Positions 53,901 to 64,000 of a stretch of 64,000 nucleotides of DNA are shown one piece after another (the first letter of the stretch is position 1; each line of letters starts with the position of its first letter). The stretch is taken from assembly GCA_050613775.1 (NCBI GenBank), contig JBODTK010000109.1, forward strand, positions 62,001-126,000, given 5' to 3'. This DNA is from Neocallimastix sp. 'constans'. Lineage: Eukaryota. A model generated the notes under the pieces. It was given only the letters and a program-made list of their open reading frames with translations, did not search any database and had not been told where the DNA came from. The position numbers and the translations under genes are program-made.

Positions 53901-55776
53901 TAAATCCCAAAGAAATTACCCTATCTATGACAAAGAACTTCTTGCTATTAAAGTTGCATTGGAAGGATGGAGACATTACTTAGAAGGAGCTCGCCATCAG
54001 TTTATTATTTATACTGATCATAAGAATTTATCTTTCCCTCGAAAACCTGAACTTCTTTCCCAACGCCAAATTCGTTGGTATGAATTCTTATCTAGATTTG
54101 ATTTTAAACTAATTTACAGAGCTGGTAAAAAGTCAGGTAAACCAGATATTTTATCAAGACGTAGTGATCATTTATTTGCTAGTGTTCGTCCTATTTCATG
54201 CGTTATTAATTCATGTAGTTTTAAGAATGATTCTTTAATCTCCTCTATTCATGATTCTCTAGCTAATGATGAATTCTATTGCAAAATAACTGAATTTCTT
54301 AAAAATGATAAATCAAAAGATCCCCCTTTTAGTAAAATCGATAAATTTTCTCTTGACAAAAATGGTTATTTACTTTTTGAAAATTTAATTTATGTTCCCA
54401 ATAAAATTAGAATAAGAGTTTTAGAACTCCATCATGACTCTATTTCTGCTGGTCATTTTGGAATTAATAAAACTATTGAACTTATTTCTCGTAATTTCTG
54501 GTGGCCTAAATTACAAAAAGATGTTAAAATGTTTATTAAATCTTGTGAAATTTGTTCAAAATCCAAAATCCCAAGACATAAGCCATATGGTTTACTTTCT
54601 CCACTTTCTACACCAAATAGAGCCTGGTCTGCTATCTCTATGGATTTTATTGTTGAACTTCCGAAATCCAAAGATATGACCACTATAATGGTTGTTGTGG
54701 ATCGCTTAACTAAAATGGCTCATTTTATACCTTTTAGATGTCTTCCTACTGCTTCTATTGCTGCTGATTCTTTCATTGCTAATATTTTTAAACTTCATGG
54801 TTTCCCCGATTCTATTATTTCTGATCGTGGTTCTCAGTTTACCTCTGATTTTTGGAATCGTCTTTGCTCTCTTTTAAATATTAAGCATTCTTTTTCTACT
54901 GCTTATCACCCGCAGACCGATGGTCAAACGGAGAGGGTGAACTCGATATTGGAACAATATCTTCGTTGTTTCATCAATGAAAAGCAAAATAACTGGCTTG
55001 ATTTATTACCTTTTGCAGAATTTTCCTATAATAATACTTTACAACAGTCAATAAATCAATCACCATTTTTTGCAAATTATGGTTTTAATCCGAAATTTAA
55101 TCCTGAAATTCCTTCAAATGAGAATCCGCATAGAGCTGAGAAAAGAATATTAAATATTAATGAAAACATTAAATTTTTAAAAGAAAACTTAGAGCAAGCA
55201 AAAAAGACTTATAAGAAATATGCAGATCTGAAAAGAATGGATTCTCCAGATTTTAAAGTAGGAAATAAAGTTTATCTTTTAAAGGGTAATACAACAAAGA
55301 AAAATAGAAAATTATCTGATCAACTAATAGGACCTTTTGAAATAATAAGAAAAGTTAGTGACTTAGCGTACGAACTTAAACTTCCTAAAAATATGCGTTG
55401 TCACCCTGTATTTCATGTTTCACTTCTCGAACCTTATCATGAAAATGAATTTTCAAACAGAAGAAATACTCGTAGAAGAAATATTAATCTTAATACGGAT
55501 ACAATTGATAGAACTCCTGAAAGAATAATTAAAATGAAAACCTTTAACAATAAGAATCGTTACTTGATTAAATGGAAAGGATGCGATTTTAGTGAAAATA
55601 CTTGGATTGATGAAGATCAAATTCTTGATAGACAATTAATACAAGAATATTACAGAAAAGAAAAGAAGAACAAATCTTCGAATGTTAACAACGAATTCTG
55701 TCAACCACCTGATGATGCAAACGAGTACTATGTTAGACATAAATATCAACCTTTTGTAATTGATCTTCCTTCTTAA
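50956..55776 (+). CDS. Gag-Pol polyprotein (capsid, CCHC knuckle, protease, RT, RNase H, integrase, chromodomain); first ATG at 51010
   Basis: CYYCKKPGHRYFNC; LIDSGS; YLVMPFGLKNAP/YIDD; ETDAS...DKELLA; HHCC and DDE integrase; GPF motif; chromodomain RYLIKWKGCDFSENTWIDEDQI. Confidence 0.96.
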   Translation: MEGFNNLIRRFEDLNLQEMNQENHQVLPRNNQKIVNEPPLFSGIKKDFDGFLTRAEIAMEANPQGFNNDHTKVRFIISYLVGDPLIWASNLRRNNDPLLNVYEDFIQELRNQFGEQDMSTVVANGKLCSIRQHKFGHVSEYINEFNKISRHSDFNDSAKIYMFVKGLHYKMREHLAVVNPNPNNLRRLFTDVLSIESLTKRHEINEFFYHNYYHRKEINNNNHASTSDPMEIDLYRIKRGQTNTSYFPSNQKLYQKNSNSRDEERRKGLCYYCKKPGHRYFNCPNKKKPAGVKIISKQENTATTPSSSLRRIRRINSQEDIVKVRKIVEEQNSLLTKKSNIIDFYIKTNDIEEVKARVLIDSGSDLNFIHPEFAKAFGIKTKEIEEPFRVTGLGYGVSSVKKETEKCVLRLRNHLETIQLYVLRIPDVDIILGLPWINKHSPYNYHDAKKISFGSGFCARHCNNGKRKRKNKNKKRNKGKEPATNLEENKVIIEESRKRKPLFDSDSDSDSEEEISIRGRRTRIRTCSEFNNYDSDSDINDTFMLDNFSDSISDSDNFSDSDDIIVMNCDSKISTNSLRILKKICESSKCKKLNVIEKCNDEDNNLNKDGEKVEVPEIYLMFKEVFNENNCNVLPPHRNYDCEIKLKDNCSLFYGPLYPLTETEREELKKYLEENLKKGFIRKSSSPAGAPILFVRKKDGTYRLVIDYRKLNEMTIRNSYPLPLISELLDRVKGAKYFTKLDLKSAYNLVRIKEGDEYKTAFRTRYGHFEYLVMPFGLKNAPATFQHFINDVLSDYLDDFVISYIDDILIYSNTLEEHHVHVKKVLRKLLENHLVVKLEKCEFDVTETTFLGYVLSRDGIKMDKEKVKSILDWPVPTNVKEIQSFIGLCNYYRIFIKDFAKIANPLHKLTRKNVPFNWSSEQQKAFDTLKELFTTAPILKHPDSNKQFIVETDASNFAVGAILSQEFDGHLHPIAFISTSLTKSQRNYPIYDKELLAIKVALEGWRHYLEGARHQFIIYTDHKNLSFPRKPELLSQRQIRWYEFLSRFDFKLIYRAGKKSGKPDILSRRSDHLFASVRPISCVINSCSFKNDSLISSIHDSLANDEFYCKITEFLKNDKSKDPPFSKIDKFSLDKNGYLLFENLIYVPNKIRIRVLELHHDSISAGHFGINKTIELISRNFWWPKLQKDVKMFIKSCEICSKSKIPRHKPYGLLSPLSTPNRAWSAISMDFIVELPKSKDMTTIMVVVDRLTKMAHFIPFRCLPTASIAADSFIANIFKLHGFPDSIISDRGSQFTSDFWNRLCSLLNIKHSFSTAYHPQTDGQTERVNSILEQYLRCFINEKQNNWLDLLPFAEFSYNNTLQQSINQSPFFANYGFNPKFNPEIPSNENPHRAEKRILNINENIKFLKENLEQAKKTYKKYADLKRMDSPDFKVGNKVYLLKGNTTKKNRKLSDQLIGPFEIIRKVSDLAYELKLPKNMRCHPVFHVSLLEPYHENEFSNRRNTRRRNINLNTDTIDRTPERIIKMKTFNNKNRYLIKWKGCDFSENTWIDEDQILDRQLIQEYYRKEKKNKSSNVNNEFCQPPDDANEYYVRHKYQPFVIDLPS

Positions 55777-55813
55777 AGTTAATCTCGCAGGAGCTCGACT
55801 TAAGGGGCGAGAT

Positions 55814-56587
55814 TGTAAAGATATTATTAATATCTTTATAAATTTTAATTAAATTTAATCATAAATTTAAGTAAAATTGAAATAAATCTATTAAAAATCA
55901 CGTGTATAAAATTATTGCAAATAATTTTAAACAAAACTTCGATTTCTTCCCAATCATATTAATAAATTAAAAATTTCTCTTGTGAAACTAGTAATTGAAA
56001 ATCATTTCTTTTTATGTAATTTAATTTAAATAATAAGAGTTAAGGTTTTTTACAAGATAAATTAACAACATGAAACTATGCAATTAGTCATGTTGAAACT
56101 TGCGGCATTTTATGCTAAAATCATATTAAATAATTATGACAACTTTTATATTAATTTTAAATAGAAAATATAATAAGAATTTATTAATAATATTTAAATA
56201 ATAAATAAATAATAAATGAGCTCGATTGAAATTGTTTATATTTATTTTAGTTATTAATTATAATTCTCTTTATTTAGTAATAGTTAATTATTTATTATTA
56301 GTTTAGGTTAGTATTGTTTTTAAATAAATAGTTAGATAATATAATTCAATAGGAATTATATATTCTAAATGTAATAAGATAAAAATATAAATAGTTAACC
56401 AAATTTCATGTATTTTAATCGACGTAATTGTTATTAACGATTTATTGTTAATAACACTAATAATTAATAAAGATTATTTTAAAATCTAAATATAATAAAA
56501 CTTATTTGTTTATAAAACATATTTGTGTTATTTAGTGTTATTATAATTTTTGACTTATAATCTATTTTTTTAAATCAAAACTTTATA
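55814..56587 (+). repeat. 3' LTR
   Basis: Direct repeat of 49803-50576, preceded by purine tract AAGGGGCGAGA. Confidence 0.96.
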
Positions 56588-56680
56588 GAATATCAGTAGT
56601 TCGTTGTTTTAAAAGCTTCTTTTAATTGATTGAATGAGACCTCAGCTTCTTTGTTCCACAAGAATGTTGCATTCTTTTTA
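56588..56680 (-). mobile_element. Upstream continuation of the interrupted old Gypsy pol (RT-RNase H tether)
   Basis: Minus strand LKKNATFLWNKEAEVSFNQLKEAF...ELLIF joins SDHKNEFVVET at 49797 once the insert and one TSD copy are removed. Confidence 0.85.
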
Positions 56681-56916
56681 AGAAAAATTATATTCATTAG
56701 AAAGCTACGGTCGAGAACTACAATATATGTTAATTTCAACCTTATTGGACAATTAGGAGACGAGCTATTGGACTTTAAAGAAATTTTAAATATAAAAAAA
56801 ATAATTTAATTATTTTAAATAAGACCCTAAATTATTAAATTATTAATTAGAAATTTATTGTAAAGATTTAATAAATCTTTAATACATTAAATAACTTAAT
56901 TTTTCGTACAATTTGG

Positions 56917-59275
56917 TTGGCTTTTCCTATTATCGAAAATAATTCTCGCCGTAATACTACTAGCAATAAAAGTCACAATTCTACTCCCTCTCATAACAAT
57001 TTAAATTTACAAAACACTTCTCCTTGTACTTCTTTTATGGTTATAACCGATGAATCCAATTGTAAATCAAAAAGTATACCAAACAATTCTAATTCTTTAA
57101 TTTCTAATTCACTTTCTGTTTCTCATGATACTTCCAAAAATTCTATTTCAAAGCTTAATTCTTCTCTTAATCCTATTTCATATTCTGAATTAAAATCTAA
57201 ACTTCCTAAAGTATTAATTGAATTTTTAGACGTTTTTAGTGAATCTTCTGCCAACGAACTTTCGCCTCATCGTCAATATGATTGTCAAATAAATATTATA
57301 GCTAACGGAAAGCTTCATTATGGTCCTATCTATCCTTTAACAGATAAGGAAATAAAAGCTTTAGAGAAATATATCAAGGAAAACCTTAAGAAAGGATTTA
57401 TTCGTAAATCCAAATCCCCTGCTGGTGCTTCAATATTCTTTGTCCTTAAAAAGAATGGTGAACTCCGATTAGTAGTTGACTGCCGCCTACTCAATGAAAT
57501 CACAATTCGAGATTCCTATCCTCTTCCACTAATTCAAGATATGCTTGAGCATTTAGGGAAAGCAAAAATCTTTTCTAAATTAGATCTTCGCTCGGCATAT
57601 AATCTCATTCGAATTAAGGAAGGCGACGAATACAAGACCGCTTTTACTTGTATTTTTGGACACTTTGAATACACCGTAATGCCATTTGGGCTAAAGAACG
57701 CTCCTGCCGTTTTCCAACATTTCATTAATGATGTTCTTGAAGATGTTATTGGAAAATTTGCATATGCCTACATCGATGACATCATTATCTTCTCTAAAGA
57801 TTACAATTCTCATGTTAAGCATGTCAAGGAAATTTTAACTCGCCTCAGGAAAGCTAAACTATATGCTAAACTCAAAAAATGCGAATTTTTCGTTCCTTAC
57901 ATCGATTTCCTTGGGCACCGTATCTCCTCTGAAGGCATTTATATGGACCCCAAAAAGGTCGATTCCATTCTAAACTGGCCCATTCCCACTTGCGTTAAAG
58001 ACATTCAATCTTTTCTCGGTCTAGCAAAATATTACAGACGTTTTATTCCAGGTTTTGCTAAACTTGCTCATCCTCTCCATCATCTTTTAAGAAAGAATGT
58101 TAAGTTTTCATGGTCTCTTGATGCCCAAGCTGCTTTTGACTCTCTTAAATTAAAGTTTACCTCATCACCAGTTCTTATTTATCCTAATAGAGAACTTCCT
58201 TTCATAGTTGAAACTGATTCTAGTAACTTTGCTATTGGTGCTGTCCTATCACAGAAATCTCCTAAAGACAATTATTTACACCTGGTAGATTTCTTTTCTA
58301 TATCACTTACAGGTGCAGAACGCAACTACCCAATTTACGACAAAGAACTTTTGGCTATTGTTTCCGCTTTAGAAAATTGGCGTCACCTTCTTAAAGGTTC
58401 TGACATTCCTTTCATTATTTTCTCCGATCATCGTAACCTTTTATTTCAAAAGAAATCTGAAAAAATGACTCAAAGAATTCAATTTTAAAATCCTGTATCG
58501 TTCCGGTTCCTCTAATGGTAAACCAGATGCTCTTTCCCGCCGTCCTGATTATTTTAACTCTACTAATGATTCAGATATTCCCTTTACCGTCCTTTGTCCA
58601 GAAAATTTTTGTGCTCTTGTTTGTTCAATCTCTTCTCTTAACAATGAAATTCTAACTGGTTATAAATCTGACACCTTTTATCAAGACGTATGCACTTATC
58701 TTGATAATAAAAAACCACCTATCCCCCATAGCCAAATTGATAAATTTTCTCTTAACAATGGTTTTCTTCTTTTCAATAGCCGTATTTATGTTCCACCAAG
58801 CTGCTGTACACAAATTATGAAAATATGCCATGATTCTCCTACTGCAGGTCATTATGGTATTAAAAAAACTATTTCTCTTACTTTTCGTGATTTTTGGTGG
58901 CCTTCTTTATCCTCTGATATCAAGAAGTATGCTCGATCCTGCAATATCTGTTGTCGCTCTAAAACTTCACGCCATAAACCTTATGGTTTTCTGAACCCTC
59001 TTGAAATTAGTGAACGTCCTTGGTCTTCCATTTCAATAGACTTTATTACCGATTTACCCGACTTTGATGGCTTTACATGCATTCTCTTTATCGTGGATAG
59101 ATTAACTAAAATGTTCCATCTTATCCCTTTCCATGGTCTCCCTTCCGCTATTGACACTGCTTCTGCCTTCATTGACCATGTATTTAGACTTCATGGTCTT
59201 CCCGAAGAAATTATTTCCGACAGAGGTTCCCAGTTTACTTCAAAATTTTGGAAAGCTGTTTGCCAATCTCTTAAC
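56917..59275 (+). pseudogene. Truncated Ty3/Gypsy pol (RT, RNase H, 5' part of integrase), related to the intact element
   Basis: YTVMPFGLKNAP, YIDD, ETDSS, DKELLA. A deletion/frameshift at ~58475 removes the R-W-x-x-F-L-S motif, with a further frameshift near 58720. The integrase stops abruptly at ~59275; no LTRs seen. Confidence 0.9.
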
Positions 59276-59389
59276 AATGTGTTTTTGATAATAAATTTAT
59301 AATTAATAAAATAAATATATATAAAAATATTTTACTTATTTTATTTTAAAGGTTTTAAGTGTTTATTTTTAAATTTATTGTCAAGAACC

Positions 59390-59622
59390 ATTTCATGACA
59401 GATATTCAAAAATTTTAATTTAATAATTTTTCAATCCCTTTTTCAAGTAAAATTATTTAAGGAATATAATGATGATATATTTGTTGATGGTACATTTTTT
59501 ATTGCCCCTAAATTTAGTTATCAAATATTTCTTACAAGAGCTTATGCTAAAGAATTAGATAGTTTTTACACTACTTCTTTTACTTCATTTGCAATATTAA
59601 AAAATAAAGAACAAGAAACATA
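59390..59622 (+). pseudogene. MULE transposase fragment (DGTF region)
   Basis: Near-identical to ~12280-12500 (GATGATATATTTGTTGATGGTACATTTTTTATTGCCCCTAAATTTAGTTATCAA). Confidence 0.85.
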
Positions 59623-60703
59623 ATATGTGTAGCAACATATTTGTATATTTAATAATAATTATTAAATATTAAATTTATATCTTTTTGATAATAATTATTT
59701 TATTTTATTTTATTTCAATATGTATTATTGTAATTATAATAATTATAATAATATAATACATAAAAATTTATATAGTTCTATATATTAAAATATATAATTA
59801 AAATATTACCTATTTCTTATAAATAGATTAAATTATTTATATTAGAAATAGAAGACTCTTCTTGTAAATTTTAAGAATTAGAATTATTATTTTAATTGTA
59901 CAAATATTACAATTTTATTAATAAATTTTACTACACAACCATTATTTTAAAAACCCACTGCTTATAAATTATTGCACATAAAAGTCCCGCATATCAATTA
60001 TATGATCATGTGTTATTAAATAAAATAAGTAATTGAAGTATAATTACATGAATATTAAGACTTTAACACTAATACTTATAAGTATAGTAGAAATTTCGTA
60101 AAGATTTATTTTACAGTGATAATAATAATATTCATAAGTTTATCATAAAGATTTATTTTACAGTGATAATAATAATATTCATAAGTTTATCATTAATTTA
60201 TTATAAAAAATATCAAAAATAAAATAATTATAAATAAAAGTTAATTAATTAAAATCAATTAAATATAAATATATAATATTGTATTAAAAAAATTATTAAT
60301 TTTATTTTTTTATTTTAATTTTATTTAACTTATTTTAAAAAATTTTTAATATTACCTTCAAATATTTATAAATATATATTTAGTAGTATTTAATAGTGAA
60401 TGATAAGTAGTAACTCTTTTTAATATTAAGAACTTATATATATTAATTTATATTAGTATTTTTTTTTGTTATATTTTATAAAATATAGAATTTTTATAAA
60501 AAAAATTATTTTTTTATTAATTATTATTACTATACTAATATTATATGAATATATATATATTTATATATTGTAGCTTTTCAAATGATAATGGAGCTAAATT
60601 TTATTCACATATTCAAAATTTTTAAAAGAATATTATAACATTAATAATATTTCATTTTCTTTATTGTTAATTAAAATTTTCATAATAAAAAAATTAGTGT
60701 ATA

Positions 60704-60743
<40 letters not shown>

Positions 60744-60749
60744 TTTCTA

Positions 60750-61053
60750 ACATTCAGGTTTTTCCAATTGGAGATTAAATTATTAAAACCTTCATTATCT
60801 AGTTTTGAAAAAAGGTTGATTCTTAAGCTTTCAACTTCTTCATTATTTGTTATTATCAATTGTTATCTTCTTCATTTTTTTAATAAAAAATAAATTTATA
60901 TAATTAATAATTAATAGCAACATTATCATTATCATTATCATTATCATTATTTCATTTTATATAATATTGTATTTCTTTAATTAAATAGTTTTTTTTTGTA
61001 ATATTATTCTCAATTACTTTTTTTTATTTCATTTTTTCCTTCTACAATTTCTT

Positions 61054-61084
<31 letters not shown>

Positions 61085-61340
61085 TTAATTTAAAAATTAA
61101 AATATCATTATTTATTAATACATATTTCGTATTTGAATATGTCTTTTTGCATTTCAAAGGTAATATATCTTTTCAATTGTCTAATTTTCTATATCATTAT
61201 AGATTTTTTTTAATGTTGGTTTATTTCTTCATTGGAATCTTTTGGTTCAGAAGAATTAATCAAAATTGTACAATTGCTTCATAATATTTATTACTGATTG
61301 TCCATGAGCATAATGTATTTTTTGTATTGCTTCCTTTTAT
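60750..61340 (-). pseudogene. Possible decayed intron-containing gene fragment of unknown product
   Basis: Two coding-like islands (NEEVESLRINLFSKLDNEGFNNLISNWKNL followed by GTTAG; EAIQKNTLCSWTISNKYYEAIVQF) with stops. Confidence 0.25.
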
Positions 61341-61559
61341 AAAATGTGGATAAAAAATGAAAATTCAATTTATGTTATTTAAATTCTATTAAAATTTATT
61401 TGTATCAAATTAATTATTTAATTTCATTTTTCTATTGTTAATATATATAACAATTATATATAGTTTAATCTTTTATCTTCCTATCATTTTAAAAAATTAA
61501 GTTTAGAAATTTGAAATTTTGGAAAAAGAATTAAATAAAAATAATAATTAAATAAATAA

Positions 61560-61812
61560 ATAATAACTAACTAAATAAATAATAACCAACTAAATAAATA
61601 ATAACTAAATAAATAAATAACAACTAAATAAATAAATAACAACTAAATAAATAAATAACAACTAAATAAATAAATAACAACTAAATAAATAAATAACAAC
61701 TAAATAAATAAATAACAACTAAATAAATAAATAACAACTAAATAAATAAATAACAACTAAATAAATAAATAACAACTAAATAAATAAATAACAACTAAAT
61801 AAATAAATAAAA
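61560..61812. repeat. 19-bp minisatellite CAACTAAATAAATAAATAA, ~10-12 copies
   Basis: Direct reading. Confidence 0.92.
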
Positions 61813-62151
61813 AATAAATAAATTCAATCAATTTTATATTTTTAATTTTACTTTGTGTTATGTATATTATTCTATATTTTTTCATTTCAAAAATCAAAAA
61901 TATTAATAAATTAAAAAATTAATAAATTTATAAAATAAATATTGTTTAAATATAATAAAAAATTTTAATTTAAGGAATAAATATATTTTATATTTATAAC
62001 AATTTTTTTTTATTATAATACAGTTAATATTTTTTAATTTATTAATTATTTGATTTAATTAATAATTGAATATATAATATATAATTTGGAATTTTTTTTT
62101 TAGTATTAATAACTTCTTTTTTATAAATGAAATAAAATAATTATAAATAAT

Positions 62152-62182
<31 letters not shown>

Positions 62183-62911
62183 ATAGTAATTTAAATTTGA
62201 ATATAAATAATTTTAATTTAAAATTAAAATAAAAAGAAAGAAAAAAATAGTATAAATATATATTCAAAGAAAATTGTAAGAGTTTACGTTATTTTATTAT
62301 TTTTTTTAAAAAATAAAACAAATAAAATATATTTGTTCTGTTTGTTTGGAAAATATGAAGATTATATAGTATATTATATTGAAATTTATTTTGATCATTA
62401 ATCCATCAAATGAAATATTAAAGATTATTTATTAAATTAAATCAAATATTTAATAATTTAATATTTATAAATATAGCTTGATAATAAAATATTGATATTA
62501 AGAAGGTAATATTTAGTAGTAAAAGCATAATTAATAATTAATTCTTTAAGATTTATTTAGCTTTGATAATATAAATATATATATTAAAGAATATATTTAC
62601 TATTAAAAAATAAAATTTGAGTTTATATAAAATGAGATTTGAAATAACAAATGATTATAAACCTAATAATAATTATAATTATAATAATTATAATAGTAAT
62701 AATAATTATTATTAATATTTTGAAATTTTATTAATACATTAAGTAGAATTATATAATTATATAGTAGAAAAATATAATATAATAGAAGATAATTTTTATT
62801 TAAAACATACATAATTATTAAATAATGTAAATATAATTGCATTTTAACTTTAAATTATTCATATATTATAAAATTAAAGTATTATTAAGATTTCATTACA
62901 ATATTATTGAT

Positions 62912-64000
62912 ATGGTTGCATTAACTTCCGCAGGTATTTTCTAATTTAATAATTTAAATAATTAAATAAATAAATAAATAAATAGATAAATAAATAAATA
63001 AATAAATTATATTAATAAAAATTAAAAGTATATTAACTGAAAATTGTAAATTAATCGGTATTATAATTGCTTAAACAAAAGCTGGTGTAATATCTTTACT
63101 AGACGAAAATTCAGAAGAACTTCAAATATATGCCTTAAAAAAGCTTAATACTATAGTAGATCAGTTTTGGGCTGAAATATCTGATTCTGTTTCTAAAATG
63201 TAAATTTTTATTTGAAATACAAAGAATTTATGAAAAATAAATACTAAATATATATATATAATTTTATATTATTTATATATATATTATACATTTAGTGAAG
63301 TTCTTTATGAAAATGAACAATTTAAATATCGTAATTTAGCTGCTTTAGTGGCTTCAAAAGTATAAATTTTATTTTATTATAATAATAATAGAAAGATAAT
63401 GAAAAATTAAGACAAATTTGATTAAATACTTTATTGGTTATATTAAAATTATAATTTTTATATAAAATAATTGAAGGTATATTACCATCTTGGTGAATTT
63501 GACGAATCGATGTCATTTGCTCTTGGAGCAGGTGATCTTTTTGATTCTTCACTTAGTACTGAATACGTAGAAACTATTGTTGGTAAGTTTAATAATATTA
63601 TATATATTACATGTTAAATTTAAATGAAGTAATGAAAGAATATTTAGATTTATTGAAAAAAGGAAGAATAATAATTACTAATTATAAATTAAATACTTAT
63701 CTAAATCAATTTTTTGAAATAAAAATATTAACAATAAAAAGCAAAATGTATTGATCATTATATATATTTAAGATCAAATAATCAATTGGACGAAATTTCA
63801 CCAGACCTTGAACAAATTATTGAAAAAGTTTTTGAAAGATGTTTTAAAGATAAAGAATACAAACAAGTAATTAATACCTAACTATATTAGTATACTTTAA
63901 AATATAAATAAATTAATTAATGGATAAATTAAAAATTATTATTTGGTTATATATGTAATTTCAAAATATATAATTTAAATAAATTAAAAAAGGCTATTGG
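62912..64000 (+). CDS. RPN2: 26S proteasome regulatory subunit Rpn2/PSMD1, 5' part (exons 62912-62933, 63082-63199, 63296-63359, 63477-63582, 63742-63866, 63993->end)
   Basis: Spliced translation [91 protein letters not shown]...EYVETIVAKCIDHY...KEYKQAIG matches the conserved Rpn2 N-terminus; missed by the ORF track. Confidence 0.95.

Larger units (their letters stand above)
49803..56587 (+). mobile_element. Intact full-length Ty3/Gypsy chromovirus-type LTR retrotransposon (6785 bp)
   Basis: Two 774-bp LTRs (49803-50576, 55814-56587), 5-bp TSD GAATA (49798-49802, 56588-56592), PPT at ~55802-55812 and one uninterrupted gag-pol ORF. Confidence 0.97.

Noticed and set aside
63322..63552. Minus-strand 76-aa ORF
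   Set aside because: Antisense to RPN2 exons 3-4.

Overview
Very AT-rich eukaryotic DNA with short GT-AG introns, long homopolymers and many transposon relics. The intronless bacterial-type pyruvate formate-lyase with an N-terminal extension, the base composition and the intron style point to an anaerobic gut fungus (Neocallimastigomycota; inferred). Host genes: an intronless alpha/beta hydrolase (1427-2176), pyruvate formate-lyase (6320-8749), a 4-exon ankyrin-repeat gene (18411-23357, -), an SFP1-like C2H2 factor (27963-30034, -), a 4-exon steroid 5-alpha-reductase/TECR-family gene (46182-47541) and the 5' part of proteasome subunit RPN2 (62912-end). Mobile DNA: (1) a ~6-kb foldback (10313-16358) of two converging dead Mutator-like (MULE) transposase copies, inside a TSD-flanked outer element and resembling a Mu-killer-type hairpin locus; (2) a young, intact Ty3/Gypsy chromovirus (49803-56587) with no tRNA primer site, a Tf1-type self-priming 11-nt PBS and TG...TA LTR ends, inserted in an older Gypsy; (3) decayed Copia, Gypsy, LINE and MULE fragments. 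Many ORF-track calls are microsatellite or antisense artefacts.
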